Assembly (NCBI GenBank): GCA_963664825.1
Contig: OY761614.1
Span: forward strand, 2,624,001-2,688,000
Length of the DNA stretch: 64,000 bases
Source of the DNA: an uncultured Holophaga sp.
GTDB taxonomy: Bacteria; Acidobacteriota; Holophagae; Holophagales; Holophagaceae
Reading direction: 5' to 3'
The first letter of the stretch is position 1; each line of letters opens with the position of its first letter. The notes under the pieces are model-generated. The model was not told where the DNA came from. It saw only the letters and a program-made list of their open reading frames with translations, and did not search any database. A program made the translations under genes and the position numbers. Below, in pieces: positions 49,681 through 59,110 of this stretch.

Positions 49681-49896
49681 GAACAAAGGATGCCCTGCCA
49701 CGGATTCCGGTCAAGCGAAAATCCGTCAAAAAGATTGGTAATGCCTGTCAGGACTCTGAAACGGTGTGATCACATGTGGCATCTCGTTCCTTAACTCGCC
49801 CAATGGTAATGGCCCAGTGTTTCCAACCTGTTGCCCGTATTGGTGACATGCAAACTGGCGATGCGCATGGGTTTCCTCCTTGTGAGATGTGATTAA

Positions 49897-50379
49897 CTAA
49901 CCTTGCTGCTTCTCCCACCGTTTACTCGCCCCGACTTTCCCCTTCAGGTGCTCCAAACACGCCTGGAGGGCTTCCATGGGCCAGGCTTCGAGCTTGCGAG
50001 GGGTGCCGTGGATATGGGGGTAGTGCTGCTGGAGCCAGGTCTGGACGCGGGTGCGGACGAGGGCGCGGCGGGCCGACTCGCTGGCATCGAAGGGGCCGGG
50101 CTCCTCTGGCACGTCCCAGCCAGCGCTGTAGGCCTCCCGTAGGATCCGACCCACCAGGGGGGACTTGGGATCCAGACGCGGAGCGGGGGCAGAGGCGGGG
50201 CGCCCGCCCGCTAGGCGGTCCAGTTCGGCCAGGACGCGCCTGCCCTGGGCGTCTGTCAGATCCTTGCTGGAGCGCTTACCCGTGAGGTTTTCCAGGAGAT
50301 CCCGGTAGACATCATCCTCAGCCAGACCCGGGATTCGACGGCGCAGGGCGTGGATGGCCTTGATGTAGGTGGGTGACAT
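49897..50379 (-). CDS. gemA: Mu GemA/gp16-like regulatory protein (DUF1018)
   Basis: IKAIHALRR..GLAEDDVYRDLLENLTGKRSSKDLTDAQGRRVLAEL. Confidence 0.8.
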   Translation of the reverse strand: MSPTYIKAIHALRRRIPGLAEDDVYRDLLENLTGKRSSKDLTDAQGRRVLAELDRLAGGRPASAPAPRLDPKSPLVGRILREAYSAGWDVPEEPGPFDASESARRALVRTRVQTWLQQHYPHIHGTPRKLEAWPMEALQACLEHLKGKVGASKRWEKQQG

Positions 50380-50620
50380 GAGGACTCCAACCATGCACAT
50401 GCTCAAGTGAAGACTTCAGCAGCAAGCTCAGGGCACTGGGCGTAGCCCAAATTTCGGTCGCTGGCGATGCGTTCCTGGGCTGCTTCAATAATTCGAAAAT
50501 TATGATGCGCTAGACAGCTTGATATTGTAGTTTGCAACTACTTTATTTATGTTGATCTGCATGTTCGCTTTCGTTTTATTGGCCTGGTGGTAGATTTGTC
50601 GGACCATTCAAGGTGACTCT

Positions 50621-51076
50621 ATGGATTCGAGGCAAGCACAACACCTCATGGAATCTTTCGAGGCTGCAAAGCTCCTGGATGTCGGAGGGGAGGTTTGGAG
50701 CGCTCGCGAACTCATGGCCTTGTTGGGGTATGCAGACTGGAAGAATTTCAAAAAGTCCATTAGCAAGGCAATCACTGATGCAATTACCTATGGAATTGAT
50801 CCGATAACAAATTTCGTCGAATCGCGAAGGGTTGGACCTCCTGGGTCCAAGAACACGACTGCACGAGATTTCAGGCTCACCCGTGGTGCTGCATATCTTG
50901 TAGCGCTCAATTCCGATCCGGCTCACGATGCTGTAGCTTTTGCTAGAGTTTATTTCGTGATCCAAACTAAAACATCAGATATTATTCAACAAAGTATGAT
51001 GGAACTCTTTGGTAACGACCTACATATTCTGTACGCCTTTGGTGGTTTTAATTTTCAAAATGGACATAAGGTATAG
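50621..51076 (+). CDS. DinD/BRO-like DNA-binding protein (likely truncated)
   Basis: SFEAAK..WSARELMALLGYADWKNF..LTRGAAYLVALNSDP..YFVIQT. Confidence 0.75.
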   Translation: MDSRQAQHLMESFEAAKLLDVGGEVWSARELMALLGYADWKNFKKSISKAITDAITYGIDPITNFVESRRVGPPGSKNTTARDFRLTRGAAYLVALNSDPAHDAVAFARVYFVIQTKTSDIIQQSMMELFGNDLHILYAFGGFNFQNGHKV

Positions 51077-51321
51077 AAAGAGGCTGTTTCCCATTGAGTA
51101 TCCTCAACATCAGGCTTTAGGGTGAATAAATTTCTTGGGTTGATGAGGCGTAAGCCCAAGACCCTAGAAAAGGAGGCACTTGATCCATGGATGCATCATT
51201 TGCTCTAGATCGCTTTGTCTGACGTTGGCAAGGGGTGGGGGTGGAAATCGAAGCCGACGAGGGCAATCTGTTTCAGCCCTGCAGGGACGATTCGCCGCCC
51301 CCGGCCCTTATGCGAGTCGGA

Positions 51322-51552
51322 TCACGCGATGATGGGAATGTTCAGGCCGAAGGCCTCCATCTCGGCGCGAATCGTCGTGATGGCGTCGATCTTCCATCGG
51401 CCGCCGTCGGCCTCCACCAGCATCAACGCCGGAGTCCCCTCACCGGTGCACCTGGCCCGAAAGACGAACTCGGAGATGGGCTGCTCGATCTCGGGGAAGG
51501 TCCGGAAGGGTGCTAGGGCCACGCGAGGCTTGATGGTGATGGACTCCTTCAT
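51322..51552 (-). pseudogene. C-terminal fragment of conserved phage protein
   Basis: LAPFRTFPEIEQPISEFVFR...EADGGRWKIDAI. Confidence 0.55.
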
Positions 51553-51599
51553 CCGCAGGCCCGCTTTGACGTTGGCCCGCTGTGTGAACCCATCATCCT

Positions 51600-51759
51600 C
51601 GGTGGGACATGAACGCTCGTGAGGCGTAGCGCCTTGAACTGGGCCTCTTTGATCCAGAAGGCCGCATAGGTGATGAAGGCCTTCCCCTGACGAGCATCAA
51701 ACCGCTGGGCCGCCTCCAGGGCACCCACGCGGCCTTCCTGAATCAGGTCATCCACCGTG
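51600..51759 (-). pseudogene. Sigma-70 region 2-like fragment
   Basis: DDLIQEGRVGALEAAQRFDARQGKAFITYAAFWIK. Confidence 0.7.
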
Positions 51760-51940
51760 AGACGCTCGTCGAAATTGATGTTGTCCTGGTTCGAGACCTG
51801 GACCTTGAAGTGGCCGTCGAAGGAAAAGAGGGTGAGATTGCCCTTGGCGCCGCCTACCTTGGCCCTGTATTTGGCGGCGGATTCCTCGACGAAGGCCTGG
51901 ACCTCCTCAAAGACCGAAGCCTTGAACATGGCCAGCTGGT
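51760..51940 (-). pseudogene. DUF3164 Mu-like phage protein fragment
   Basis: SAAKYRAKVGGAKGNLTLFSFDG..KVQVSNQDNINFDERL. Confidence 0.75.
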
Positions 51941-52555
51941 CCGCAGCCACTGCTGGGCCTCATCCAGGACATAGGAGGGGACTCCGCCCCGAACGGAGCG
52001 GCGTTCCCACGGATTCAGGCTGGCCAACCTCGGGCGGACAGCCAGATCCAGGAAGCTCAGCCGCGCCTGCTGGATGGCCTGCGCCCGCTGGAGGGCGTCG
52101 GGATTGGCCCGGAGGACTACCTGCTGAGGATCGCGCTTGATCGGTGCGGGGCGTGTGGCCACGGGGCAGGGCTGGATCGAGGCCTGCTGACGCTCCCAGG
52201 CTGCGCGGGCGCCGGGATACGCGGCTAATAGCGACGCTGGCACCACTCGGTATTCAAGGCGCCCTTTATTTGGACCAGATTCCGCCACGACCTGAGAGGC
52301 CTGGAGCTTCTTGGTGGAAATGGCCTTTTGGATTGATCGGGTTGAAACAGAAGCGAGTTCCGCCGCTTCATGCACCGTGAGCGTGCGAACCTCGTGTGGA
52401 TCCGTTATCTGCCCACCATGAACACTATTTGTTTGTCCCTTCAGGACTTGACTTGGTTCGCACGGCCCCTGATTTGGTTCGTGCGGTTCGTGCGATATCG
52501 CGCGAACCACGCGCGAACCGGGTTCGCACGATATGGGGAGAGGGATCGAAGACAC
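51941..52555 (-). pseudogene. MuA-like transposase N-terminal fragment (unit 2)
   Basis: HTH TVHEAAELASVSTRSIQKAI; 51941-52220 near-identical to 26615-26893. Confidence 0.8.
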
Positions 52556-52565
52556 CGTAACCTCG

Positions 52566-52898
52566 CTAGGCCGCTGGCTCGGACCTGCGTCCCCAAATGC
52601 GATCCGCTTTGATTCCGATGCTTTCCGCAATCACGTCTTCGACCGTGGCGTCCTTTCGGACTCGATCAATGACCTGGTGGAAGTAGGCGTCGCTGTAGCT
52701 GCTGGTCTCGGCCAACAGCTTCACGTTCTTGCCCTTCAGCTTGAGCAAGGCCCGGATCGCTTCGGGCTTCAAGGACCCGTCTGGTCTGATTCCTTCGGCC
52801 ATGAGGGTTTGGATATCTGAGGCAGTTGCCACAATGGCATCAACACTTACGGGTAAGCCGTAGGCAGGCCGCTTGCGCGGCTGTAGTTCAGGGCTCAT
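52566..52898 (-). CDS. ner: Ner/Nlp-like transcriptional regulator (unit 2)
   Basis: Paralog of 27241-27573 (DGSLKPEAIRALLKLKG...ADRIWG). Confidence 0.75.
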   Translation of the reverse strand: MSPELQPRKRPAYGLPVSVDAIVATASDIQTLMAEGIRPDGSLKPEAIRALLKLKGKNVKLLAETSSYSDAYFHQVIDRVRKDATVEDVIAESIGIKADRIWGRRSEPAA

Positions 52899-52995
52899 GC
52901 TAGGCTCCGGTTGCTTAGTCCACGAAGCGTGGACAGTCCTAGACTATTTCACCAAGCGTGAAAGTCAACCCCTCTATTCCACGATGCGTGAAAAA

Positions 52996-53727
52996 ATGTC
53001 AGACCAATCCCTCGCAGAGAGATTCCGCGCCCTCAGACTGGCCCTGAGTAAGAGCCAATCCGCCTTCGGTGAGCCGATCGGAGTTAGCTATGCCGCCGTC
53101 TCACGGTGGGAGAAGGATGATGCCTTACCTCCCGATATGGCCGCTATCGCCCTAGAACACGTCTATGGTGTGTCCTCAAAATGGCTCCTGACTGGCGAAG
53201 GGCCCATGTGGATACCAAAACCCGCGCCTACGGAAGGCAGCGCGGAGCTACTCAGCCGCCCACTCATTGCAGGTGCCGCCTCCTGCGGGCCGGGTGGGGA
53301 GATCGCCGATCCCGGTCCAACTGCCCTGCGAATGCCCTTCCGCAAGGACTTCCTCCTGGAGCTCCTCCAGGAGAGCGGTGCTGGATCCACAGAGGATCTC
53401 TACGTCGTGGAATGCTCTGGTGAATCCATGCGGCCAACCGTCCATCCTGGCGATATGGCTCTGATTAACACATCTCTGGAACTCCGGCTCCAACCCAAGC
53501 GCAACGCCCTCTACCTCGTGCGCCCTGATCCAGCCAGTGCAGAGGGTCGCATCAAGCGAGTTCGTATTGATGCCAATGGCCAGCTCTGCTTTCTGTCAGA
53601 TGCACCTGGATTCACGCCAATCGCTGTTGACCTGGACAGCCTGCCCATGCAAAGCCTCATTCTGGGCCGCGTCTGCTGGGTGGCCCGTAGCGTCGTGAAG
53701 GACGAACGCCCAGAGCGGAACTGGTAG
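52996..53727 (+). CDS. Phage repressor, XRE HTH plus S24 peptidase (unit 2)
   Basis: SQSAFGEPIGVSYAAVSRWE HTH, WLLTGEG, GESMRPT, IKRV; start uncertain. Confidence 0.9.
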   Translation: MSDQSLAERFRALRLALSKSQSAFGEPIGVSYAAVSRWEKDDALPPDMAAIALEHVYGVSSKWLLTGEGPMWIPKPAPTEGSAELLSRPLIAGAASCGPGGEIADPGPTALRMPFRKDFLLELLQESGAGSTEDLYVVECSGESMRPTVHPGDMALINTSLELRLQPKRNALYLVRPDPASAEGRIKRVRIDANGQLCFLSDAPGFTPIAVDLDSLPMQSLILGRVCWVARSVVKDERPERNW

Positions 53728-53958
53728 GCAACTCGTTCCAACCATATTGACGGATTTAGAAGCCTGGCGCAGGATCCGAAGCCAATCCGCAGGATTCGTG
53801 CATCCTTTTTGCCGGATTTCCGCTTCGTTACGCGTCATCCGTCCCAAACTTATTGACGGATTCTCAGGTCTCCAGATCACCCACAAAGCCCCGCCCGCGT
53901 TGGCTTTTGGGCCATGTGCCCGAATCGGTCGTCATGCGAATTATTTCGACGGATCACA

Positions 53959-54075
53959 GCCGCGGACGCCTCCGACCGTCCCCCGGACGGTCTCCGGCTG
54001 CGGCTACCGGCGCGACATTCGTGATTCCGAATCCCGCCCTGAAGCGGAGCACCCAGCTGGCGCGGGGTGTCTGAA
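53959..54075 (-). repeat. Proximal half of tRNA-Ser-linked repeat
   Basis: GAATCCCGCCC (54029-54039) is the inverse of GGGCGGGATTC (12963-12973); hairpin GACCGTCC-ccc-GGACGGTC. Confidence 0.75.
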
Positions 54076-54165
54076 TGGCGGAGGGGGCGGGATTCGAACC
54101 CGCGGAGGGCTCACACCCTCGTCGGTTTTCAAGACCGGTGCCTTAAACCGCTCGGCCACCCCTCC
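54076..54165 (-). tRNA. tRNA-Ser (TGA)
   Basis: GGAGGGG acceptor, CGGT-CT-TGA-AA-ACCG anticodon arm, long variable arm, GTTCGAATC, GCCA end. Confidence 0.97.
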
Positions 54166-54249
54166 ATGCTTTCATCATCGGCGAGGGAGGGGCGGTTCGG
54201 CAACATCCCTTGCGAGTTGGCTTGGTTCTAGGTAGCATCGAGGGTTCCG

Positions 54250-54342
54250 GGAGAGATGCCGGAGTGGCCGATCGGGCTCGCCTGCTAAGCGAGTGTGTTG
54301 GGTAAACCAGCACCCAGGGTTCGAATCCCTGTCTCTCCGCCA
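54250..54342 (+). tRNA. tRNA-Ser (GCT)
   Basis: GGAGAGA acceptor, CTCGC-CT-GCT-AA-GCGAG, long variable arm, GTTCGAATC, GCCA end. Confidence 0.97.
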
Positions 54343-54346
54343 AAAC

Positions 54347-54383
54347 AATCGCCAAGTCACTGTTAAAAGGTGACTTGGCGATT
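54347..54383. terminator. Hairpin downstream of tRNA-Ser(GCT)
   Basis: AATCGCCAAGTCAC-tgttaaaag-GTGACTTGGCGATT. Confidence 0.6.
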
Positions 54384-54846
54384 CATCGCTATGTCAACCC
54401 ATCCTTCTACCCATATTTTATTGTTGGGGCAAATCGCCCATACGGCAGTCTCATTCTTGCTGTGGGACTGGATTTCAGTGGCGTTTCCCAAACCGAGTGA
54501 AGGCGCGTCATGGTTCGATTGCTTTGGCGCACCAGAACAATCGGTAGTGACGTGCCAAACCATGCGGTTCATTACAAGAGAATGTTGGAATGACCGAAAC
54601 GTCCGAGAGCCAATCATGGCGGGGCTTCCACTTAGAGGTCCAGACATTTCCCAATGTCCAAAACGTCCAAGACTCCCGATGAATTTTGGGAACACTTCCA
54701 GATCTTGATCATGTCCCAACGCGGCGATGCGGGGCGTATCTGAACGCAAAGCACTGGAAAGCGCCCAATTCGATATGCACAGGCGAACCCAGACCCTCTA
54801 CAATGGATTGAACATTCTTAACCTTGATGATCGGCAGGTTCCAACC

Positions 54847-56400
54847 ATGGCTCGACCGGCGAAAACCTCAGGAAAGAACGGCTCGTCACTTGGATTTGAG
54901 GCCAACCTCTGGCAGATGGCCGATGCCCTGCGGAACAACATGGACGCGGCGGAATACAAGCACGTCGTGCTGGGGTTGATCTTCCTGAAATACATCTCCG
55001 ATGCCTTCGAGGCCAAGCACATCGAGCTGGAGGCCCAGAGGTTGGACGGGGCGGACCCGGAGGATCAGGACGAATACCGGGCCGCGAGCATCTTCTGGGT
55101 GCCCAAGGAAGCCCGCTGGGCGCACCTGAAGGCCCAGGCCCCCCAACCCACCATCGGCACCGCCGTGGACGATGCTATGAGCGCCTTGGAGCGGGACAAC
55201 CCCTCCCTGAAGGGCGTGCTGCCCAAGGACTTTGGCCGTCCCGGCCTCGATAAGCAGCGCCTGGGCCAGATCATCAACTTGGTGAGCAATATCACAATGG
55301 GCAGTGCGCCAGATCGCGCCAAAGACAGGCTTGGGCAGGTTTACGAGTATTTCCTTTCACGATTTGCCAGCGCCGAGGGCAAGAGCGGTGGGCAGTTCTA
55401 CACGCCCTCCCCGGTGGTGCGGGTGCTGGTGGAGATGCTGGCCCCCTACAAGGGCCGGGTCTACGATCCCTGCTGCGGTTCCGGCGGCATGTTCGTGAGC
55501 AGTGAGAAGTTCATCGAGGCCCACAGTGGGCGCATCGGCGATATCTCCATCTACGGCCAGGAGAGCAACTACACAACCTGGCGCCTGGCCAAGATGAACC
55601 TGGCCATCCGCGGCATCGACGCCCAGATCGCCCATGGCGACACCTTCCACAACGACCGCCACCCGGACCTCAAGGCCGATTACGTTCTGGCCAATCCCCC
55701 CTTCAACGACAGCGACTGGCGCGGGGATCTGCTGAAGGACGACAAGCGCTGGGTCTACGGCGTGCCGCCCGCGGGCAACGCCAATTTCGCCTGGGTCCAG
55801 CACTTCCTGCATCACCTGGCCCCCACCGGAACCGCGGGCTTCGTGCTCGCCAATGGCTCCATGTCCTCCAATCAGTCCGGGGAGGGTGAGATCCGGAAGG
55901 CGCTCATCGAGGCGGATCTGGTGGATTGCATGGTGGCCCTGCCGGGCCAGCTCTTCTACTCCACCCAGATCCCCGTCTGCCTTTGGTTCCTGACCCGCGA
56001 TAAGCGCAACCGGGGCTTCCGGGACCGCCGGGGTGAGACCCTCTTCATCGACGCGCGGAAGATGGGCAGCATGATCAACCGCGTCCAGCGGGAGCTGACG
56101 GACGAGGATATCTCCACAATCGCCGGGGCCTACCACGCCTGGCGCGGTGACAAGGGCGCAGGCGCCTACGAGGACAAGGCCGGATTCTGCAAGCTCGCGA
56201 GCCTGGACGATATCCGCAAGCACGGGCACGTGCTCACGCCGGGGCGCTACGTGGGCGCGGAAGAGGTCGAGGACGATGGCGTCTCCTTCGACGAGAAGAT
56301 GAAGCGCCTGTCCCAGCTCTTCCGCGAGCAGCAGGCCGAGGGCGCGCGCCTGGATGCCGCCATCAACGCCAATCTGACGAGCCTTGGCTATGGCGAATAA
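54847..56400 (+). CDS. hsdM: Type I restriction-modification methyltransferase HsdM
   Basis: [38 protein letters not shown]. Confidence 0.96.
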   Translation: MARPAKTSGKNGSSLGFEANLWQMADALRNNMDAAEYKHVVLGLIFLKYISDAFEAKHIELEAQRLDGADPEDQDEYRAASIFWVPKEARWAHLKAQAPQPTIGTAVDDAMSALERDNPSLKGVLPKDFGRPGLDKQRLGQIINLVSNITMGSAPDRAKDRLGQVYEYFLSRFASAEGKSGGQFYTPSPVVRVLVEMLAPYKGRVYDPCCGSGGMFVSSEKFIEAHSGRIGDISIYGQESNYTTWRLAKMNLAIRGIDAQIAHGDTFHNDRHPDLKADYVLANPPFNDSDWRGDLLKDDKRWVYGVPPAGNANFAWVQHFLHHLAPTGTAGFVLANGSMSSNQSGEGEIRKALIEADLVDCMVALPGQLFYSTQIPVCLWFLTRDKRNRGFRDRRGETLFIDARKMGSMINRVQRELTDEDISTIAGAYHAWRGDKGAGAYEDKAGFCKLASLDDIRKHGHVLTPGRYVGAEEVEDDGVSFDEKMKRLSQLFREQQAEGARLDAAINANLTSLGYGE

Positions 56401-57658
56401 AAAGGTCAATCCCGATCCGGGGGGACCGCCCGGCCGCAGTTCGCAACGCGGGGAAACAGCCGCACGTAAAGCCGCGGCCTCTGCGTCCCCCCAGGACCCC
56501 CGCGCCAATCGCGGGCCAAGCCCGCAATCGGCGCCATGGCCTGCACCAGTAGAGAAATCAACCAGCCAGGCTCATCGCCGTGTGCGGGGCCAAGCCCACG
56601 CCGAGGCCGCCTTTCCCGCGGCTCCTTCCCTGGCGGAGCTGCCGGGGGATTACCTCATCACCCTGGAGGAGATCAAACAGCGGATCCAGAAGGAACGCCT
56701 GCGGGTCATCGTCTCCGCCAACCAGGCCATGGTGCTGCTCTACTGGGATCTGGGGCGACTGATCCTGGAACGCCAGGGCCAGCAGGGCTGGGGGGCCAAG
56801 GTCATCGATCGGCTGGCGGCGGATCTGCGGGCGGCTTTTCCCGGAATGAAGGGCTTCTCGCCCCGCAACCTGCTCTCTATGCGGAGTTTCGCCGAGACCT
56901 GCCAGGACGGTGAATTGGTGAAACAGGTTGTTTCACAATTGCCCTGGGGGCACGTGATTCGCCTCCTGCAGCGGGAGAAGGATTCCGAGACTCGCGCCTG
57001 GTATGCCCGTCAGGCCGTCGCCCAGGGATGGAGTCGCAGCATCCTGGAGCTTCAGATGGATCGGCGCGCCCACGAGCGCCAGGGCCAGGCCATCACCAAC
57101 TTCCCGGCCACGCTGCCACCCGCCGATTCCGATATGGCCACCCAGGTCTTCAAGGATCCCTACCTCTTCGATTTCCTGGGCACCGCGGACCCGCGCCGGG
57201 AGCGGGAAGTGGAACAGGCCCTGGTGGAGCACATCCAGCACTTCCTGCTGGAGTTGGGCGCGGGCTTCGCCTTCGTGGGGCGCCAGGTCCACCTGGAGGT
57301 GGGTGATCAGGACTTCTACGTCGATCTCCTTTTCTATCACCTGAAGCTGCGCTGCTACGTCATCGTGGAACTCAAGGCCACGGCCTTCAATCCGGCCTTC
57401 GTGGGCCAGCTGAACCTCTACCTCTCCGCCGCCGACGACCTGCTGCGCCATCCCGACGACAAGCCCACCATCGGCCTGCTGCTCTGCCGGTCCAAGAACA
57501 AGATCGTGGCCGAATACGCCCTGCGGGACTTCAACAAACCCATCGGCATCGCCCAGTGGGAGACGCTGATCATCGAGAAACTGCCCCAGGAGTTTGCTGA
57601 CAGCCTGCCCACCGTCGAGGAATTGGAGACGGAGCTGGGGGGAGGTGAGCTTGAGTAG
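56384..57658 (+). CDS. DUF1016/YhcG PD-(D/E)XK nuclease-domain protein
   Basis: [45 protein letters not shown]; start uncertain. Confidence 0.9.
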   Translation: MAMANKKVNPDPGGPPGRSSQRGETAARKAAASASPQDPRANRGPSPQSAPWPAPVEKSTSQAHRRVRGQAHAEAAFPAAPSLAELPGDYLITLEEIKQRIQKERLRVIVSANQAMVLLYWDLGRLILERQGQQGWGAKVIDRLAADLRAAFPGMKGFSPRNLLSMRSFAETCQDGELVKQVVSQLPWGHVIRLLQREKDSETRAWYARQAVAQGWSRSILELQMDRRAHERQGQAITNFPATLPPADSDMATQVFKDPYLFDFLGTADPRREREVEQALVEHIQHFLLELGAGFAFVGRQVHLEVGDQDFYVDLLFYHLKLRCYVIVELKATAFNPAFVGQLNLYLSAADDLLRHPDDKPTIGLLLCRSKNKIVAEYALRDFNKPIGIAQWETLIIEKLPQEFADSLPTVEELETELGGGELE

Positions 57659-57760
57659 GTCTTCCATAAACTCACGCCCCATTGCCGCTTTCGACGAACC
57701 CGTTATTCCCTACATCACCAATAAAGGTCACATGGCCTACCTTGTAAGAAGGGGGGGCAT

Positions 57761-59098
57761 GTGAGGGGATCACCAATTCCACATCCTCCGAATTGGCAGG
57801 TTAGATCGCTCTCTGAGATCACCACCAAAATTGGATCAGGTGCCACTCCGACTGGCGGGAGCGACGCATATCTACCTTCTCGTATTAATTTCGCACTGGT
57901 TCGCAGCCAGAATGTGTTCGATAACCGGTTCGATCCAACGGGTCTTGCCTTTATCTCTGATGAACAAGCGGATCGTCTTCGCGGCGTGATTCTCCAACAG
58001 AACGATCTCTTGCTGAACATTACAGGCGATGGAATTACTTTCGGCAGAGCCTGCAGGGTTCCCAATGAGGTCCTACCAGCTTGCGTAAATCAGCACGTGA
58101 GCATCATTCGAGTGAATCAAGAAGTTGCTGATCCTGGGTTCGTGCTCGCATTCCTCACCCATCCATCCGTGAAGGAATACATCGAATCCTTTAACGCCGG
58201 AGGCTCAAGGCGCGCGATTACGAAAGGCCATATCGAGTCGTTCCGGCTTCCTCTTCCTCCGCTTGGCATCCAGCGTGCCATCGCCCATATCCTTGGCGCG
58301 CTGGACGACAAGATCGAACTGAACCGCCGCCAGAACGAAACCCTGGAGGCCATGGCCCGAGCCCTCTTCAAGTCCTGGTTCGTGGACTTCGATCCCGTCC
58401 GAGTAATGGTGGAGGGGCGGCACCCGAAAGGGCTTCCTGAAAATGTAATGTCAATGTTCCCTTCCGGATTCCAGCCCAGTGCCCTCGGAGAGATTCCAAA
58501 GGGTTGGGAAGTTGGTCCTATCCTCGCTCAGGCCAAAATATTAAGCGGTGGAACACCGAAGACAGATCGTGTGGACTATTGGAATGGCGATATTTCGTGG
58601 GCAAGCGCAAAGGATGTTTCTCAATGCGGAGAGATGTTCCTGACGGCCACTGAACGGACCATTACAAAAAAAGGCCTCGCTGAGAGCGCAACGCAGCTCA
58701 TTTCGGCCCTTTCCACTGTCGTGGTCGCGCGTGGGGCTACCACAGGGCGGATGACGATGTTCGGTCGAGAAATGGCCATGAACCAAACTTGCTACGCACT
58801 GAGGAGCAAGTTGGATACTCCCTTTGCCTTGCACTGTTTGTTGCGCCAAGAGATGGACACCCTAGTTCATTCGGCACACGGTTCTGTATTCGACACGATC
58901 ACAACAAACACTTTTTCAAGTTCGAAGGTGGTTCTCGCCCCTCCTTCTGTGCTTCAACTTTTTGACCGAATTTCCTCGTCTTTCTTTCAACGCATTTTGG
59001 CCAATACCGAGGAATCGCGAGGCCTCGCAGCGTTGCGTGATGCGTTGCTACCCAAACTTCTTGCTGGTGAATTACAAGTAAAAAATGCAAAAAAATGA
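57761..59098 (+). CDS. hsdS: Type I restriction-modification specificity subunit HsdS
   Basis: Two TRDs (GATP, GGTP), PPLGIQRAIAHIL.ALDDKIELN, LRDALLPKLLAGEL. Confidence 0.94.
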   Translation: MRGSPIPHPPNWQVRSLSEITTKIGSGATPTGGSDAYLPSRINFALVRSQNVFDNRFDPTGLAFISDEQADRLRGVILQQNDLLLNITGDGITFGRACRVPNEVLPACVNQHVSIIRVNQEVADPGFVLAFLTHPSVKEYIESFNAGGSRRAITKGHIESFRLPLPPLGIQRAIAHILGALDDKIELNRRQNETLEAMARALFKSWFVDFDPVRVMVEGRHPKGLPENVMSMFPSGFQPSALGEIPKGWEVGPILAQAKILSGGTPKTDRVDYWNGDISWASAKDVSQCGEMFLTATERTITKKGLAESATQLISALSTVVVARGATTGRMTMFGREMAMNQTCYALRSKLDTPFALHCLLRQEMDTLVHSAHGSVFDTITTNTFSSSKVVLAPPSVLQLFDRISSSFFQRILANTEESRGLAALRDALLPKLLAGELQVKNAKK

Positions 59099-59110
59099 TG
59101 GGGGTGTGAC

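Larger units (their letters stand above)
13009..53958 (-). mobile_element. Composite Mu-like (transposable phage-derived) element, 40,950 bp, 5-bp TSD GCCGC
   Basis: Starts TGTAGC, ends GATCACA; GCCGC at 13004-13008 and 53959-53963; contains two repressor/ner/transposase modules. Confidence 0.85.
28669..53958 (-). mobile_element. Mu-like defective element, unit 2 (carries lanthipeptide cluster)
   Basis: Same TGTAGCGCGGCAAAAT left end and GACGGATCACA right end; repressor, ner, transposase fragment, DUF3164, GemA, antirepressor. Confidence 0.8.

Noticed and set aside
13009..53958. Tn7/CAST interpretation of the element
   Set aside because: No TnsC, TniQ/TnsD or Cas genes were recognised; repressor-ner-A order plus GemA and DUF3164 point to a transposable phage.
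12954..54095. 20-bp tRNA-Ser 3' repeat read as attL/attR of an integrase-driven genomic island
   Set aside because: No tyrosine or serine integrase is seen inside; Mu-type ends with a 5-bp TSD account for all but 167 bp of the interval, and that remainder forms a self-contained tRNA-linked repeat.
54363..54749. ORFs between tRNA-Ser(GCT) and hsdM
   Set aside because: No recognisable motifs or RBS; overlapping ORFs on both strands cannot be discriminated.
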